From Cycas panzhihuaensis (taxonomy: Eukaryota; Plantae; Cycadophyta): a stretch of DNA of 64,000 nt. Location: positions 206,591,741-206,655,740 of the forward strand of contig CM041465.1 in the NCBI GenBank assembly GCA_023213395.1, given 5' to 3'. Both the position numbers and the translations under genes were made by a program. Under the pieces are notes generated by a model. It searched no databases, was not told the origin of the DNA, and was given only the letters and a program-made list of their open reading frames with translations. This document shows positions 1 through 13,862 of the stretch, piece after piece; the first letter of the stretch is position 1; each line of letters starts with the position of its first letter.

Positions 1-1799
1 AAATGACCTTCCACCATTAAGGGGGGATTGAAAGAGATTAATATATCAAGGTCATTTGTGTAATTTAATTATGTGACCTTAGGATATATTATTAGTCATT
101 AGGCAGGAAAATCCTAACCCTAATGCTCACCCTTAATAATAAAAAGTGAAATCTCAAGGAGGGAGTCATTATTCATTCTCACCTCCAAGCTTGGTCTCAT
201 ATCTTGTTTCATCTTCTTTTTCATTCTCCATTGCCATTGTATGCATGTGAGTGATTTATCTCCTAGATCTATCCTTCCTTCATCATTATCTTAGGTACCC
301 TCGGAAGGAGTGATCTCTCTAGCGACCATATTAGGGAACACTAGTTAGAATGCTTTAGGTTTCCTTTAACTTTCATATGCACCTTTTCGCTTGCATAGGG
401 TCTATTAGGGTGTCTTTCTTTAGATATCTTATTTATTACTTCTTTTCCTTCTTTGATCTCTTTACTTCCTTATGTAGAATGGTTGAGTCGTGGATGTGAT
501 GTTTCTCATGTTACTTGTATGGTTTACCTCTCGTTGAAGTAGACCCCCTTTATTCTCGCATCCCCTCATCCAACTAAGAGTTATCAATGGAAGGATATCT
601 ATCTAATTGGGCTAATGACCAATATGCTTCAAATTGGCCTCCTCTCAATAGTATCTCACTCAAATTAATAGAGATCCTATGTATTAATATACTGAATTAG
701 TTAAAGGTTCTCAAGACCCACAACTACTCACTATGTATGCCATAGGGAGTTTCCAATTAAGTGACCTTGTCCCATACTTTGAAGAGATCCCCCCATCTTA
801 TCCGTCACATTCTAGTCATCAAGGAGAAGTTTTAACCTCCTACAACCATTCTTATACTTCTCATGGGGACGTGGTCAATGCCCTATGGGAATGCTTCAAA
901 GTTGCAACTATATAACCACATCCCAAGTGGTTACAAAGGTTCCTTTGAACTTTAGCTCCCCTATCTTTTGTCATCCCCCCTCCTTCATCCCTTCTGTCTA
1001 CTTCCTCAACCCTCTAGGAAGTAGTTTTAGTGGAGAATATTTTCACATGTGTCTTTCCTGGCCAACCAATCACTTAGGTATGCAAACCTCTCAAGCAGGG
1101 GTAAGCATGCTTTCACTTCCAACTAATATACCCCAACCTATTACTATACCAACCCCTTCTTTTCCTTTAACTGTGCCCTTTCCCCTACACCATGTGAAAC
1201 ATGGGGGCATGGCTTTTATTCGTCCATGGCCACAAACCATGGATTCTTCACTCTACATTCCTTTAGGGTATACATCTCAACCTTAGGGGTATAGGGGATT
1301 AAATCCCCTTCTTATATATAGAGTTGATCTTGTTTATTCCTAAGGGGTTGCCCTTCCCTTCTGGGTCCAGATGGGCAAAATCCCATTCCCCATGCTCTAT
1401 TTAGTCAACCTTGTTCTATGCCTTATATGGGTTCTTCTTCATACATCTACCCATCCACTCCTGTGAGAGCATGTCCTCAACCCTCACATTCTTATGTGGC
1501 TCATCCCTAAGGTGCAGTGAGATCCCCTTACCCACCTCCTTATCTGACGACTCCCTATTTGGGGGTTGAATATTCTTGTCCATCAAGAGGAATAGCCTAC
1601 CCTCCTACCTCCTATACCCCTTAACAATAAGGGCATCATCCTTATGATGCCATCCTATACTCACCACATGTTGGGGGTGGGCATCCCTATACTACATCCC
1701 CTTATTCCTAGGTTGACCCATTAATCCAACTAGGGACCTGTCCCTTTGTCGATTATCGATCAATCCCATTATCCACCGATGTGTTAAGAACCAACCTAC

Positions 1800-2300
1800 T
1801 GCCTCATCCTCCTAAGATGCCCAAGTTTGATGGCACCTCCTCCCATGACCCAACTGAGCATATCATGGAATTCGTCATGGTATGCATAGACTATTAGGCA
1901 TATGACCATATTATAATGAAACTTTTTCCTAGATCTCTGCAGGGAGATGCTCTTAAATGGTTCTATCATCCCCCTATTCACTCCATCTCAACCTTTCAAT
2001 AGTTAATTAATGAATTCATCAACTATTTCAATGTTGCTCAACCTTTTGAGAGTGGGGTCAAAGCCCTCCTCTTGCTTAAATAAGACCATGAGGAACTAAA
2101 TTGTGACTTAATGTAATGGTTCTATGACCTCCTATATTCTTCTAAGGTCACATTGCTGAAAGAATTAAAACAAGATCTTTTTGTTAATGCATTATGCCTT
2201 AAGGTGTATGCTAAGGTCCTTAAGATGGGAATGACCTCTTGTGTTTTTTCCATAGCTAAATGCTCAACATTAGAACCTATTAAGGTCTAAGCTAGTCTCA
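1800..2300 (+). pseudogene. Retrotransposon gag core remnant
   Basis: Reads PKMPKFDGTSSHDPTEHIMEF...MKLFPRSLQGDALKWFY...ISTFQ*LINEFINYF, a typical Retrotrans_gag pattern. Confidence 0.8.
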
Positions 2301-3329
2301 AGAAGCTTCTAAAGCAATCATAACATCGTGAGGTACCCCCTCCCTCATGTGATAAAAAGGGGTAATTAACAACTTCTAGGCCTATTGTCAACACAGCTGA
2401 CAAGACCCTAGATCCTCTCACATTTTCTATTCACTCCTTTGAGTGAATAGTTAAGGGTCTCAAGTTACAGCCAATTGAAAGCTCTCCTAAATCACAATGA
2501 CCTATTCACCAAACCTCAAAAACCACCTCATCTACGAATGCTAATACCATTTCTCAAAGGAAGGTGACATAATCCCCTACTAAAAAGAAGTATTATTCCA
2601 TTCATGATGAGTGTTTCTATGATGACTCACAATGTTAAAAGCAACACCCTGAACTTTCCCCATTTCGTGAGTCTTCTTCATAGGGTGTCTCCAAACCCAA
2701 CTTGGAGTAGCCTATCTATCACGATCTATTCCCCAACCTTAAGGAGCGAGATTATTCTCCCTAAAATATGAGAGTAAGGAATAGGAGGTGAACTCCCCCT
2801 CCTTCCTTAGATTAGATAAAGGATAAGGCTCAAACTAATCCTTCTCTTCCTTCTAGCCCTAGAACTTAGTACCTCTCCTCTTCTTATTCTAAAAGCAAGG
2901 AGAGGAAGGTGATCCAACTGCTTGAGACTACCCTCGTATGTCCAGTCATGTGGTCTTAAGGTCTTCTAAAGAGGTTGGTAAAACCTCTACCTCTCATCAG
3001 CAACCCCCTATAGATTCTCTCTTAATAGAGATTCCTATAGTTACAAAGACTATTCCTATGTGCCCTGAGCATTACAATTTTAGAAGGGCACTTCCCTAGC
3101 CCATAGGGAAGGGGAAGACCTTCTCTATTATTGAAGAGCTACACTGGGTATCTTTAGGAATGTCCATGATAGACATCTTGTTGAGTTGCTCTAAGTAGCA
3201 TACTCTTATTTTAGAGGCTCTTGGTCATTGAGATGCCCCCATCCACATTATAGGCACTACCTCTTATGGACCTCCTAACATCTTGTTTGACCCTTAAGAT
3301 CTCCTATCCCCTAGTGAATGGGAATACTA

Positions 3330-3700
3330 TTCATATTACCTATTTACCATTAATATTGACACCCTCAATTTCACCTTGAAGAGGACCGTTGTAGACAACG
3401 TTTCGTTGGCCAATACTATGCCTATGTGCATGATAGAAAATCTAGGCATAAAGGCTCTCAAGCCTATTCCCTAGAAATGTCAAGGGTATGATGGGAATGA
3501 GAAGGCCCCTTGGAAATGATGACCCTCACAATCATCCTAGAGAGGAAGACTGTGCAAGTAAACGTTGTTGTTTTTGACATCAATGTCAATTACAACCTCC
3601 TATTAGGTCAGCTATGGCTCGATCAAATAGGAGCTATTTGCTCCTTGTGATAAGGCCAACTTAAATTTATCTATGAAGGACAAGTCAAAGTTGTCACCCA
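3330..3700 (+). pseudogene. Aspartic protease remnant (Tat/Athila type)
   Basis: Reads LKRTVVDNVSLANTMP...CQGYDG...VVVFDINVNYNLLLGQLWLDQIGAICS. Confidence 0.75.
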
Positions 3701-4382
3701 TGAGCTTCCTCTCTCTTATACATCTCCTCCTACTTGTCAGGCTATCTTTGATGCCAAAGATAATGATCCTAATGAGCCTCTTCCCTCTTTGGGGAACCTT
3801 TTTAAGGGGTCTAATTCCTACCAAGATGAACCCCCATCTCAACCTAAACCTGATCTAGTTAGGTTTTCCCCTATTAACATAAGTAACTATGGCTACCTGG
3901 TTCTTATGAGTGACTCTGAGTCAGATATTGAGGGCCATGAACCCCCTCCATGATGTGTCACTCTTATTTCCCATACATTTAGGGAAGTATCCCATGAGGA
4001 ACCATCCTCTCTTTCTGATCCACCTCTAAGGACCCTTGACCATCCTTCTAGGCTATCAGATTTAAGTTGGCCCGTACCTTTGCATTCTACTCAAGCCATA
4101 ACATGAAGTCATATCTACTAGTGTATTGCATGTGTGAATACCACTATCATATAGTCTTGACCCTCGTTAAGTGTTGAGGCCTACTTGATCTAAATACTGC
4201 CACCTCACAATAAGGTCTAGTTCCTGTTGGGTCCCTCATATCCTATTGCCTTGTGATTTAGTTTTAACTAAGTCCCTTCTACTTACAATTTTGATTATGA
4301 ATCTAAGACACCATCACCCCATGATGGGCCTTCTTTTTATGATGCTTCCTTATCGTCTCCTACCCATAGCTCAAATGGCGAG

Positions 4383-4787
4383 TCATTGATTATCCATACT
4401 AATGGGGGTAGCCATGGGAACCCTAAGTCATATACTACTACCTAGGTTATTTAGGATCACCATGGGCATACCTTCATGCGATCTGGGATTTCTTTACCTA
4501 ATGCCACTAACAATAAAGTGGAATACATTACTGTCATAAAAGCATTGCTGAATGTTCTTCATTTCCATCATGGCCCCATTACCTTGTGTTGTGACTTTAA
4601 GATAGTCATATCTCAACTTACATAAGTTTATCACATTCATTCCCTACATTTGAGATCCCTAGATACAATAACTAAGGCCTTGTTAACTAGGTTCGCTTTC
4701 ATAGACATTCGCTATACTCCACACATACTTAACACCAAAATTGATAGCTTAGTCAATTTCATCTTAGAGTGTCGCTTACCACCCATA
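4383..4787 (+). pseudogene. Archaeal-type RNase HI (aRH) domain remnant, copy 1
   Basis: Reads SLIIHTNGGSHGNPK...ATNNKVEYITVIKAL...CDFKIVISQL...IRYTPHILNTKIDSLVN, matching the DG.S.GNPG / TNN.AEY / DS.LV..Q / N..AD.LA motifs. Confidence 0.85.
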
Positions 4788-5049
4788 AATGACTTCTTTT
4801 CGACCCAATGAGCCACCTATTGAGGTTGATCTCTATGGGAGCAATCCCCCTCTTAGCCTCACCTCTAGGGGGAATTCACTGATAAGGTAAAATAATATGT
4901 TCTAGGAAAACCCTCTCTATAGGATCCTATTAGCTGACTTAAACCCCCAAAAGTGAGCATAGGAATGGGAGCATTGGCTAACCTGTAAGCCTGTCTTCTA
5001 GATGACTTCATTCATGGTTCACTTCTAGTGAACTATCCCAGTTATGACT

Positions 5050-6230
5050 AACTTCAAGCTGGATAATAATTAACCATTATATAAAGGGATTAAAGCCCTT
5101 ATTTTAACATATCATTTTTTATTGGATCTCTTTCATATTTTTATCTCTAGGGTTGCAATTGGCTTGGCCTTTTGGCCTAAGATATTTGAAGGATTCCCAC
5201 CTCAAAGGGACAAGCACTCAATAAGGACATTCTGTTGTATATTTTTATACTTTCTAGTATTATTTTTTATAATATATTTACCTTTTATTTGTACTATTTC
5301 TATTTCTTTATTCTGGTGTTTAAGGTGTATTTCTAATATTCATTTTAATTTGAGATTGATAAGATCTATATGAGTATATGTTAGAACAATATCTATGAAT
5401 TCTTGTGTTATTTCTAAAATAAGATAAAAGCTTCTACTACAAGTGGTATCAGAGCTTCGTTGAAGCTATCCCATAGTAGAGTGTATTTTAAGAATATAGT
5501 CCAAATTATTTTTTGAGGGGATTAATTCAGTCTACTCATGCTCATAACCATTAGTCCTACAAGGAAAGAAGGTGACATTTTGGTGAGAAAGAAGTGAAAA
5601 CTTTTTTCCACCCTCTCACTTGTGGATCTTGAGAGGAGCCTAAATAGAGTTATGCTCTAAGAAGATTATATAGCAAAAGAGGATGTTAAATACCCAAGGC
5701 CAATCCAATTAGGAACAAACCACCTTAGACAAAGTAGGAAGGGAGATCCTAACTTCTTTAGCGAATCTTATGGCCTCATGGACAAAATTAACGTCAAGAT
5801 AGACAGACCACAAGTAGAACCAATATGGGCCAAATAGGAAAAGGAAGACCCAAATCCCCAAGGTAAAATATAACAAGAAATATTTAAAATATGAGGAGAA
5901 TATCAAAGGAGAAACATCGAGAGTAACAATGGGGCAACAATGGTAAAGACCACCCTAGAAAAGTCTGATCTCAATAAATCAAGAGATATAAGGGGGTTGA
6001 TTTTATAGATGGAGACCTATTTCTTAGTCTACACGATACTAAAAAATGAGCAAGCATCTGTGGCATCACTACATTTGTATGGTCAAGCCTTGAAATGGTA
6101 TTCATGGTGGCTTTGAATACATGGAAAATAAGTAGGAAGTTGGCACAACATGAAGCATGGGCTCATAACCCAATATGAAGATTCATGGAGTACAAACTAT
6201 TTCACCCAGTTGACAAGTTTATTGTAAACA
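5050..6230 (+). mobile_element. Truncated Ty3/gypsy 5' end: LTR end, tRNA-iMet PBS and gag fragment
   Basis: An LTR-like stretch ends in CA at 5441, followed by PBS TGGTATCAGAGC at 5444-5455. A gag fragment METYFLV...ASLHLYGQALKWYSWW...YFTQLTSL lies at about 6010-6225. Confidence 0.7.
5444..5455 (+). other. Primer binding site (tRNA-iMet)
   Basis: Exact TGGTATCAGAGC, 2 nt after CA. Confidence 0.85.
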
Positions 6231-9189
6231 AGCTTTTCCATTTATTGTAATAGTAGGAGCTACGGTTTGAGTTTGTATGATTTCTCTTATCCTTTTACCT
6301 ATACATTACTAAGTTGTAGGGCCTTGTTATAGAGGTTTCCCCTAGTACAACTAGGGAAACCATTGCATAGGGGAGGTTGTATCATTTCAAGGCATCCTTC
6401 CCTCTCTTTATTTTATATTTGCCATCATTTCCATCTCACTATTTGATATGTACATATATGCATACTCCATGTCTACGTTATTTTGATGTAGTTAGATTTT
6501 TTTGAAAGATTATTAGGATAGCCCTTTCTCTAGATCTAACTTGTAAGTATAGGAAAGAATAACCCTCTATCATTCACATTAGGGTTTGGAGTTAGGGTAT
6601 GCCCTTAACAAAGTGAGCACCCCCAACTTTGTACTCATTGTTTCTTTATTCTTCTACTTCCTTCGTTCATTACTTTCTATTTATCATCTTTCCATTTAGG
6701 GCAGGTAAGTGGAGCCCCCTTATTCTACTTCAACCAACAACGTAAGCATTTGAAGAGAGAATAGGAAGAAGCGAGGAGGAGTGGCATCACCAACCATCAA
6801 CTAAGTCTAGGTGTGTCTCCTTCCTTCTTCTCATCATTGTTTCATATTTTTGTTTGTATCTACACTCTACTTCTTATTGTAGGAATTTCTCCCCCCTTAT
6901 TATTTGTTGCTTTTTAGTTGTATTATCATTGAGAAGGAAAAATAAGGAAGCAGGGGAGGGTTTCTTGTATGGTAAATAATAAAGGGAAATTAATTTATAA
7001 GAGAGAAAATTAGTTTTCTTTCCCTTTTATTTTAGCAAAAAGTAAAAGTTGAAAGTGAGGGTTTCTTGTGTTAGGGTTTAATATAAGAAAGGATCTCTTA
7101 CTTTTTCCCCTCTTATCTCCCCTTAGTTGAGTCCTTGTTTCTTTCATTTTATTAGCATGTGTGTTTCCTTTTTTCACATGAAAAGAAAGAGGGAGAACAT
7201 TAAAAGAAAGGAGACTGAGGGTTCTTTACTTATTTTGTACCCCTCTTTTAGTTTCCTTTTTTGTTCTTGTTTAAAGCAACATAACAACAAAACCCAACCA
7301 TATACCACTGTCCTACCAAGTGGGCTTATGCCTATTTATCCCTTCACCCTTCTCTCTCTCTTTCTTCCCTTCTACTTTCCACATTAGCCCTTTACCAAGG
7401 GAGTTTGCCCAACTATGGAACCTTTCTCTAAAACCTTAGGCCAAGCTAAAGGGACTACACCTATGCATTCTTGAACATGTACCCTTAAGGTGCATAAGTT
7501 CCCTACATAAGCCATATAAGACTCCTTTATAACCCATACTAGGTTTGACAACCTAGGCATAACTCTCTATAGTATTCATTATCTTAGACCCCCAGTATGA
7601 GCGATCTCAATTACTTCTTTAAATATTAATTTTAGTGTATTCCAAAACTTTTGGTTGTGTTTAGATCATATACTCTAAGAAATATAGGATCATCTAGAGT
7701 AGCAACTATAATTAATAATACTCCATTATCTCTTTCTAAAATCTCTTTTATAATATTTTGCTCATTTGAAGAGAAAATATAACAATAGAAGCAATGTATT
7801 AATAGAACTCTAAACCATACAAAGAACAAATATCATAAATAAACCAAACAAATAACAGAGAACATCAAGAGATTTAAGTCTAAGCATAGACCTTTTATTA
7901 ATCTGAGTAATAGCTAAAGAATTACAGATATGAAAACCCCAACTCTTCTCATCAGGCTCATCAAAGACTCATCCCAACTTTTACATGTGCCATTATATAA
8001 AAATATATAGATACAACTTTACAAGATAGTGCCTTATGGTTTTCCAATATAATGGGCATAAACCATGGGCCAAAAAATGACCACTCCCATAAGACACCCA
8101 AAATTATACCCCATAAAGGGGCTCAAGTGTAACACCTATACCTATGTAATAGTTGTAAAGTGTTCAATATATCCAACATCATCAACTATAAGTTGTGTTA
8201 TTAGTGATGTCAGTTTATGATTACTATATTCTTTTATTATAATATACCATAATTCTCTTTCCATTAAGATCAATTTTATGTACTATGAACAAAGTATATA
8301 AAATTTAACATAAAATTAAAGTAAAATTAGATTAGTTTAGATATTACCATTAGTGTAATAATAAAATATTAAAATAGATTACTTTAAGTGAAAAGCAACA
8401 AAGTAAGAAATTGAGCACAAATAAGCATACATCAAACAAACAACAAAGATCCTTTAAACCCAAGATCAAACCTAGCTCTTCATAACTTAAAACTCCTTCT
8501 ACCTCTTATTCCTAAAAGTGAGACTCCAAACCATAAAAAAATGATAATTTTATTAAGAAAATTAAATAAAATTTTAACTAAAGTTTCTTAAGGTGACAAG
8601 GTAACGTTCCTTAAGAAATCAAAGGATTTCAATAAGTTTTCACTATAGAATTTAATACTTATTTTGATGCCTCGCAAGGTATCAAAAATAAATATGTTAA
8701 CTTCAACCTCAAATAATTCATCAAATCAATATTAAAACATGTCATCCAATAGTACATTCATAGCTCTTTGGGTTAGGTATATGACACTTTAGATGGAATC
8801 AAATTTTGATACATATACAAAAAGTTATAGCTAAAAGAATATTTTTTTATCATGAAAAAAAAAAAAAAGGTCAAAAAAGGGAATTGACCCCTTCTCTCTT
8901 TGGCCCTAGGTCACATCAAATACTTATACAACCACTAGTTAGCCCAAAAACTCTAACTCATGGATTTTAAACATAATATAATGTAATTTAATATAATTAA
9001 TCTTTAGCATAAAGTTTAATACATGAAAATAATTTGTGTTGAGCTCCAAAAATTTGTCATATCTTACACATAAGACTAGCAATGCTATGGAAGAGTTCAC
9101 TACTAAAAAGACCAATCTCTCCATAATTTAGAGATAAATCTATTAAACTCAATGAAATTTAAAAAAATTCCAAATAGTGAAGAAAAATA

Positions 9190-11940
9190 GTTTCTTTTTT
9201 TTTCAAAAAAGCTGTTTAATTAAATGGTAAAAATTGCATCCAAAGAGTTACAACAAAAAAGTTAGGAGAGAATGGCATCCCCTCCATCCTTTGAAAGAGT
9301 AGTATATATATGAATAGAAACCCCCATAAGGCTAACATGGGAAAGTGTAAATAAACAATAATTAAGAGTCCCCCTAACTACCTCCAATACAGTGCAAAAC
9401 CTTGCCTTAATTATCATCTTACTTGTTAAGAGGATCCTCATGCACCTTCAACCCTTTATAGATGGTGGGCTCTATGGTGATTGGAAATACTAGTTGTGTA
9501 GTTGTCTCACTATATCTGGGCTTGGTTAAATAGGAGGCTAATTAGATGACCTACTGGACATTAGAGTGGTTGTGCCCTGACCTACTTCATCCCCTAGCAT
9601 GACTCTACTAGGGTCTAAGGCACCTTGAATCTCCCTTATCTTTAGGGGCCTAAGACATGGCATAGGGCACTAAAGCCCAATGTCTAATGAGCTTAAGGAG
9701 GTGTCTCAACTCTACCTAGACTTTTTATGCTTAAGTATTGATCTACAAAACATATGATTAGAGGACTATTATGAAGAGCCTTGAAAGAAAAGTATGTATG
9801 GTACTTTATGTGAAAAAAATATGGTATTACAAAATTTCTAAATTGGATATAATACTTTAAGTATTAAGAGCTCCCATGCAGGCTTACAAAGAGGAGGGTA
9901 GGTATTTAGCATTACCCAGATGGGTCATATTCTAGCCCAAGGGTTTTAAGATGGTAGAGGTGAGTAGTTTTTTGACATAGTTCTAAGTGGAATAGGTGAA
10001 GGGGTACCACCAAAATAAGTGTATGGTTGACTCATTTTATTGGCAAAAATAACATGCTATAATAAAATACCCTATTTTAATGAGCCTCTCCTTAACAACT
10101 ATCTCACCATTGATTAGGGACCACCTAAGGAACTTCTTGTTGGGATTTATAGGGGTATGTTAGAGTTACTCAAATTGATGTCTCCACATTAACTCACTGC
10201 TTTGAAACCTCTAGATGGCATTTAATTTGGAAGCACTCCCATCATTCTCCACAAGGTGTTTATATGGATGCAAGGTAGAGAAATATTGGTATAACTTTAA
10301 ATGGTACCATGCATAGTCTTAACACTATTTGTTTCTTCTTATTATGGCTAGATTTAAGATTAACTTTACCAAGCAATAATTCTAAATTTCCTCTATGATA
10401 TGCTTGTTAAAGCCTTTAAGGTTGTATTCTCTCCTAAGACCCAACCATGTCTTCCTATATATATGGATCTTATCAAATAATTACCCCACTTTGGTAAGCA
10501 TTTTTTAATATAATATTCTTACTTCAAATCACAAGATTTAGCCTAATAATTTATTATCCTTCTTTAAAGGTGATGACCACTAAATTGAGTGATTTAGAAT
10601 GGACAAACTCTTTCTCAACTCATGGACCCTCTTGCTTAGTAGTCCTTTATAACACTCCTAACTTGTCAAGATGGACCTGAAGAGAGACAAGCTTACTACT
10701 TTGATTAGAGATGGTGTGATAAGAACATCTTGTATGGTCAATGTGAATATGTGGTTGCCACATGGACTACCTTGTTCCACACTATGGCAAATCAAAAATT
10801 TTAAGCCTCATCCTCCTATACTACCTTGATATGCCATTTGCCATGAAGTGATCAACCTTCACATTTAATATCAATGAGACCTAACCTTCCTAAATGTATA
10901 GGCTTGTGGTAGGTCTACTAATTGACCCTAAAATCACATTTTCTTCCTTTAAGATTTGACCAGAGTTATGTTTTGAGTATCTTGATAAGCTTATTATAAG
11001 CCATTCTAGAGGGCATCCAACATGAGGAGTAATATACATGGGTCACTACCAAGGCCTTGTAGTAGATCTAGAACTTCCCTACTAGTGATAAAAACTTTAA
11101 GGTTCAAGAAAAAAGCTTTGTTTCTATATGTCTAAGGACAAAATCTAACATGTTTGTCAAAGAAGCTCTAAATCTAAAGGGGATGCCAAGGAACCTAAAG
11201 ATTTACCCAGGCTTGATACATTGCAACTCTTACTCTATAATCTAATTTGGGACATCATCCACATATTGTAGATAATAGGTTATCATTTTTCATATTTATT
11301 TTAGGCCTATAAGTTGTATAGAATGTGACCCTTACAACTAATGCCTCATTGATATAATAAGATCTAACCTTAATAGTGAGAAATGTATCATTCACAAAAT
11401 GCCAATTGATTAACTACCTTTTGCCACCTAGGAGAGTGATACCTCTAATTAACCTCTTATATACCTTTATCTAGAGCAAGTAACCTAGTGCATCTGTTAC
11501 TAGAATAAATAGTAAAGGAGATAAAGGGTATCCCTAGTGTACTAACCTTTAAAGTTGGACTGGCTCTAATAAAGCCCCATTGACCAAAAATATGGCTAAC
11601 ATGATAGTAAATAAAGTGCTAACTATTCTCAATAACCTATTACCAAAAGCTATAACTTGTAGGATTTCTAGGATACATCCCCAATCTATGTAATCATGTG
11701 CTATTACAAAATTAAGTTTGAGGAAAACTATTTCTTAGCCTAATGCTTTAGCCTATGCTAGCCCTTCTACTATGCTAATGATATTATCCAAGATAAATTT
11801 GCCTTAAATGAAAACCCTTATGATCCAATCTCAAAATTTCCCTTAGTAGGCTTTTAGTTCTTAAAGATAATGTTTCTTTAAGAATTTTGTAAGAACGTTA
11901 AGTAGTATGATGGGTCACTATTTACCAGCTTCCAGGAATG
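9190..11940 (-). mobile_element. Old 5'-truncated L1-type LINE (ORF2 RT remnant)
   Basis: The minus strand gives LKLNFVIAHDYIDWG (=LKLDF.KAYD.VDW) near 11680-11725, VH*GYPLSPLLF (=RQGCPLSP) near 11510-11545 and LSLVGKF near 11070-11095. A T-run near 9190 may be the tail. Confidence 0.75.
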
Positions 11941-12003
11941 GGATTTGGATGATCAATTAAGTAAGGTACGTGTAGGTATATTTCTATCCCTTTTACCTTT
12001 TTC

Positions 12004-12153
<150 letters not shown>

Positions 12154-13786
12154 AGATTATATGGTAGATATATGATTATTTGTTTGCTTATTGATTGTGT
12201 CATATCCTATTATGCATGTTGATGATGATCAGGACCTTTGTCCATGGCTTTGATATCCACTCAATGGTCCTCTTAGGTTGGAAAAGTTGCTTCCCTAATA
12301 ACTTATAACTTATTTCTTTACTGATTATTACTTGTTTAGCCCCATATTTACCATGTTACCATTTCATGTTGACTGATTGTTACCTTTATGACTTACTATT
12401 TATGAGTTTATTTGATTCTATAATGAAAAGATGGTGAAATGTAAACTCTATCTCTTTACCACTTTATTTTCTATTTGTATTAGCGGTACTGCAAAGTATT
12501 TTACAATACTATAAAGATGTTTGTAGTATCACGAATAAATTCATGATATGATTGTCGCTAACCTAGATTTGGGTTTAATAATGACAATTAGCTCTTTAAT
12601 GGGTGAATGTTAGACTTATAGGTCACAACGGCCCTTGGTCAGCTCGCATCAGTCTTGGGAGACTAAACATGCCTCAATCCTCATATTTTTTAAAATCTTC
12701 TCAACTAAAAATCTCTCAAACCATGAGCATGACTCATGGTTTTTGGGTTGATTGTGGGTAGAAAACCACCAACTCCTCACCTTAGTTTTTTCTATAAAAT
12801 CCCCTTATTTTTCCGAAGGAAAGGAGGAGATCATTTTGTAAGAGAAAGATTGTTGTTATGTTTCCAAAATTGTGATGGAATTACTAGCTTTTGGGAGCAT
12901 GCCACTAGCTTTCATTGGAGGAATTAGGGTCACATACCCAAGACTTGTTGGAGATGCCTTGAGGGAAAATTTTAATTCCCATTAGCCTTCACTTCCTAAA
13001 AAAGGAATTAGTAATGTACTCTTCACTATTGAGGTAGTCTCTATTCTTCATGTCCATTTTAACCATGCCTTGATGTGTGAATCTTTGATGGTTGAGTGCT
13101 AGGTTATTTCTTCTATTTAATCTTCTCATATTGCTATCTTTGATTGTGTTTCTTTTATTTAGTTTATGCTTGCTTCTTACTTGTTTCCTTGGAACAAATT
13201 GCAAGTTAAGGGAAGGTTTCCTAAGTACAGCTTAGGTAACCAAATATATAGGGGGACAGTGCCATTCTAAGATGCCCTTATCCTCCTTCATCATTTTATT
13301 CATATGTTCGATAGCTTAGGGTTGATTTCTATATGCTTTTAAGTTTAAGTGATCTTTTACTCACTTTTCATTGGATAGAATATATACCATATATCTTCAT
13401 AGGAAAGGATAATTTGTGTGCAGGGAAGGTAGACGAAATTTTCAAGACCTTTAGCCAAGTATACTCACATGAGAAGATTTGTAATCACTACCAACATTGA
13501 TTACACATCATGAAGGTAAGTTGTAATTCTATTTACTTATAATTTCTTTTAAGTTGGATGATTTTATATTATTTTTTTCATCATAGGGGCTTCTGGCAAG
13601 TAGAAACCTTACCATATTTCTCTTAGGATAGGTAAGTCTATCCCCCTCCTCTTCTTTCATGCTAAGCATGTGGAGAGTTTCATGGGTAGCAAACTTTCAC
13701 TCCTTCAACCTCTATTTCTATAGGTGCACATCACAATCTCATTTACGTCTCATAGACTTTTCATCCACTTTTCCTTTTTAGTTACA

Positions 13787-13862
13787 AAAAAAAAAAAAAA
13801 AAGAAAAAAAAAAAAAGAGAGGGAGAGAGAGTAGTAAGAAAGAAAAGAGAAAGGGGAGAGAG
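13787..13862 (+). repeat. Poly-A / AG-rich low-complexity tract
   Basis: A-run followed by GA-rich sequence. Confidence 0.85.

Larger units (their letters stand above)
600..4875 (+). mobile_element. Decayed Tat-like Ty3/gypsy element, layout gag - protease - archaeal-type RNase H (aRH); no RT or integrase seen
   Basis: Manual translation through stops gives a Pro-rich N-terminus, gag core, Cx2Hx4Hx4C-like knuckle near 2590-2640, protease and RNase HI. These are followed by a purine tract AGGGGGAA at 4867-4874 and TG at 4880. The 5' boundary is approximate. Confidence 0.75.

Noticed and set aside
19-300. Purine tract AAGGGGGGA followed by TG, a possible 3' LTR start
   Set aside because: The partner LTR is outside the window and no end could be defined.
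6230-9180. LTR/UTR-like fragments (also 12150-14650 and 33220-35570)
   Set aside because: Probably TE-derived, but I could not find paired termini, a clear PBS or coding motifs to define elements.
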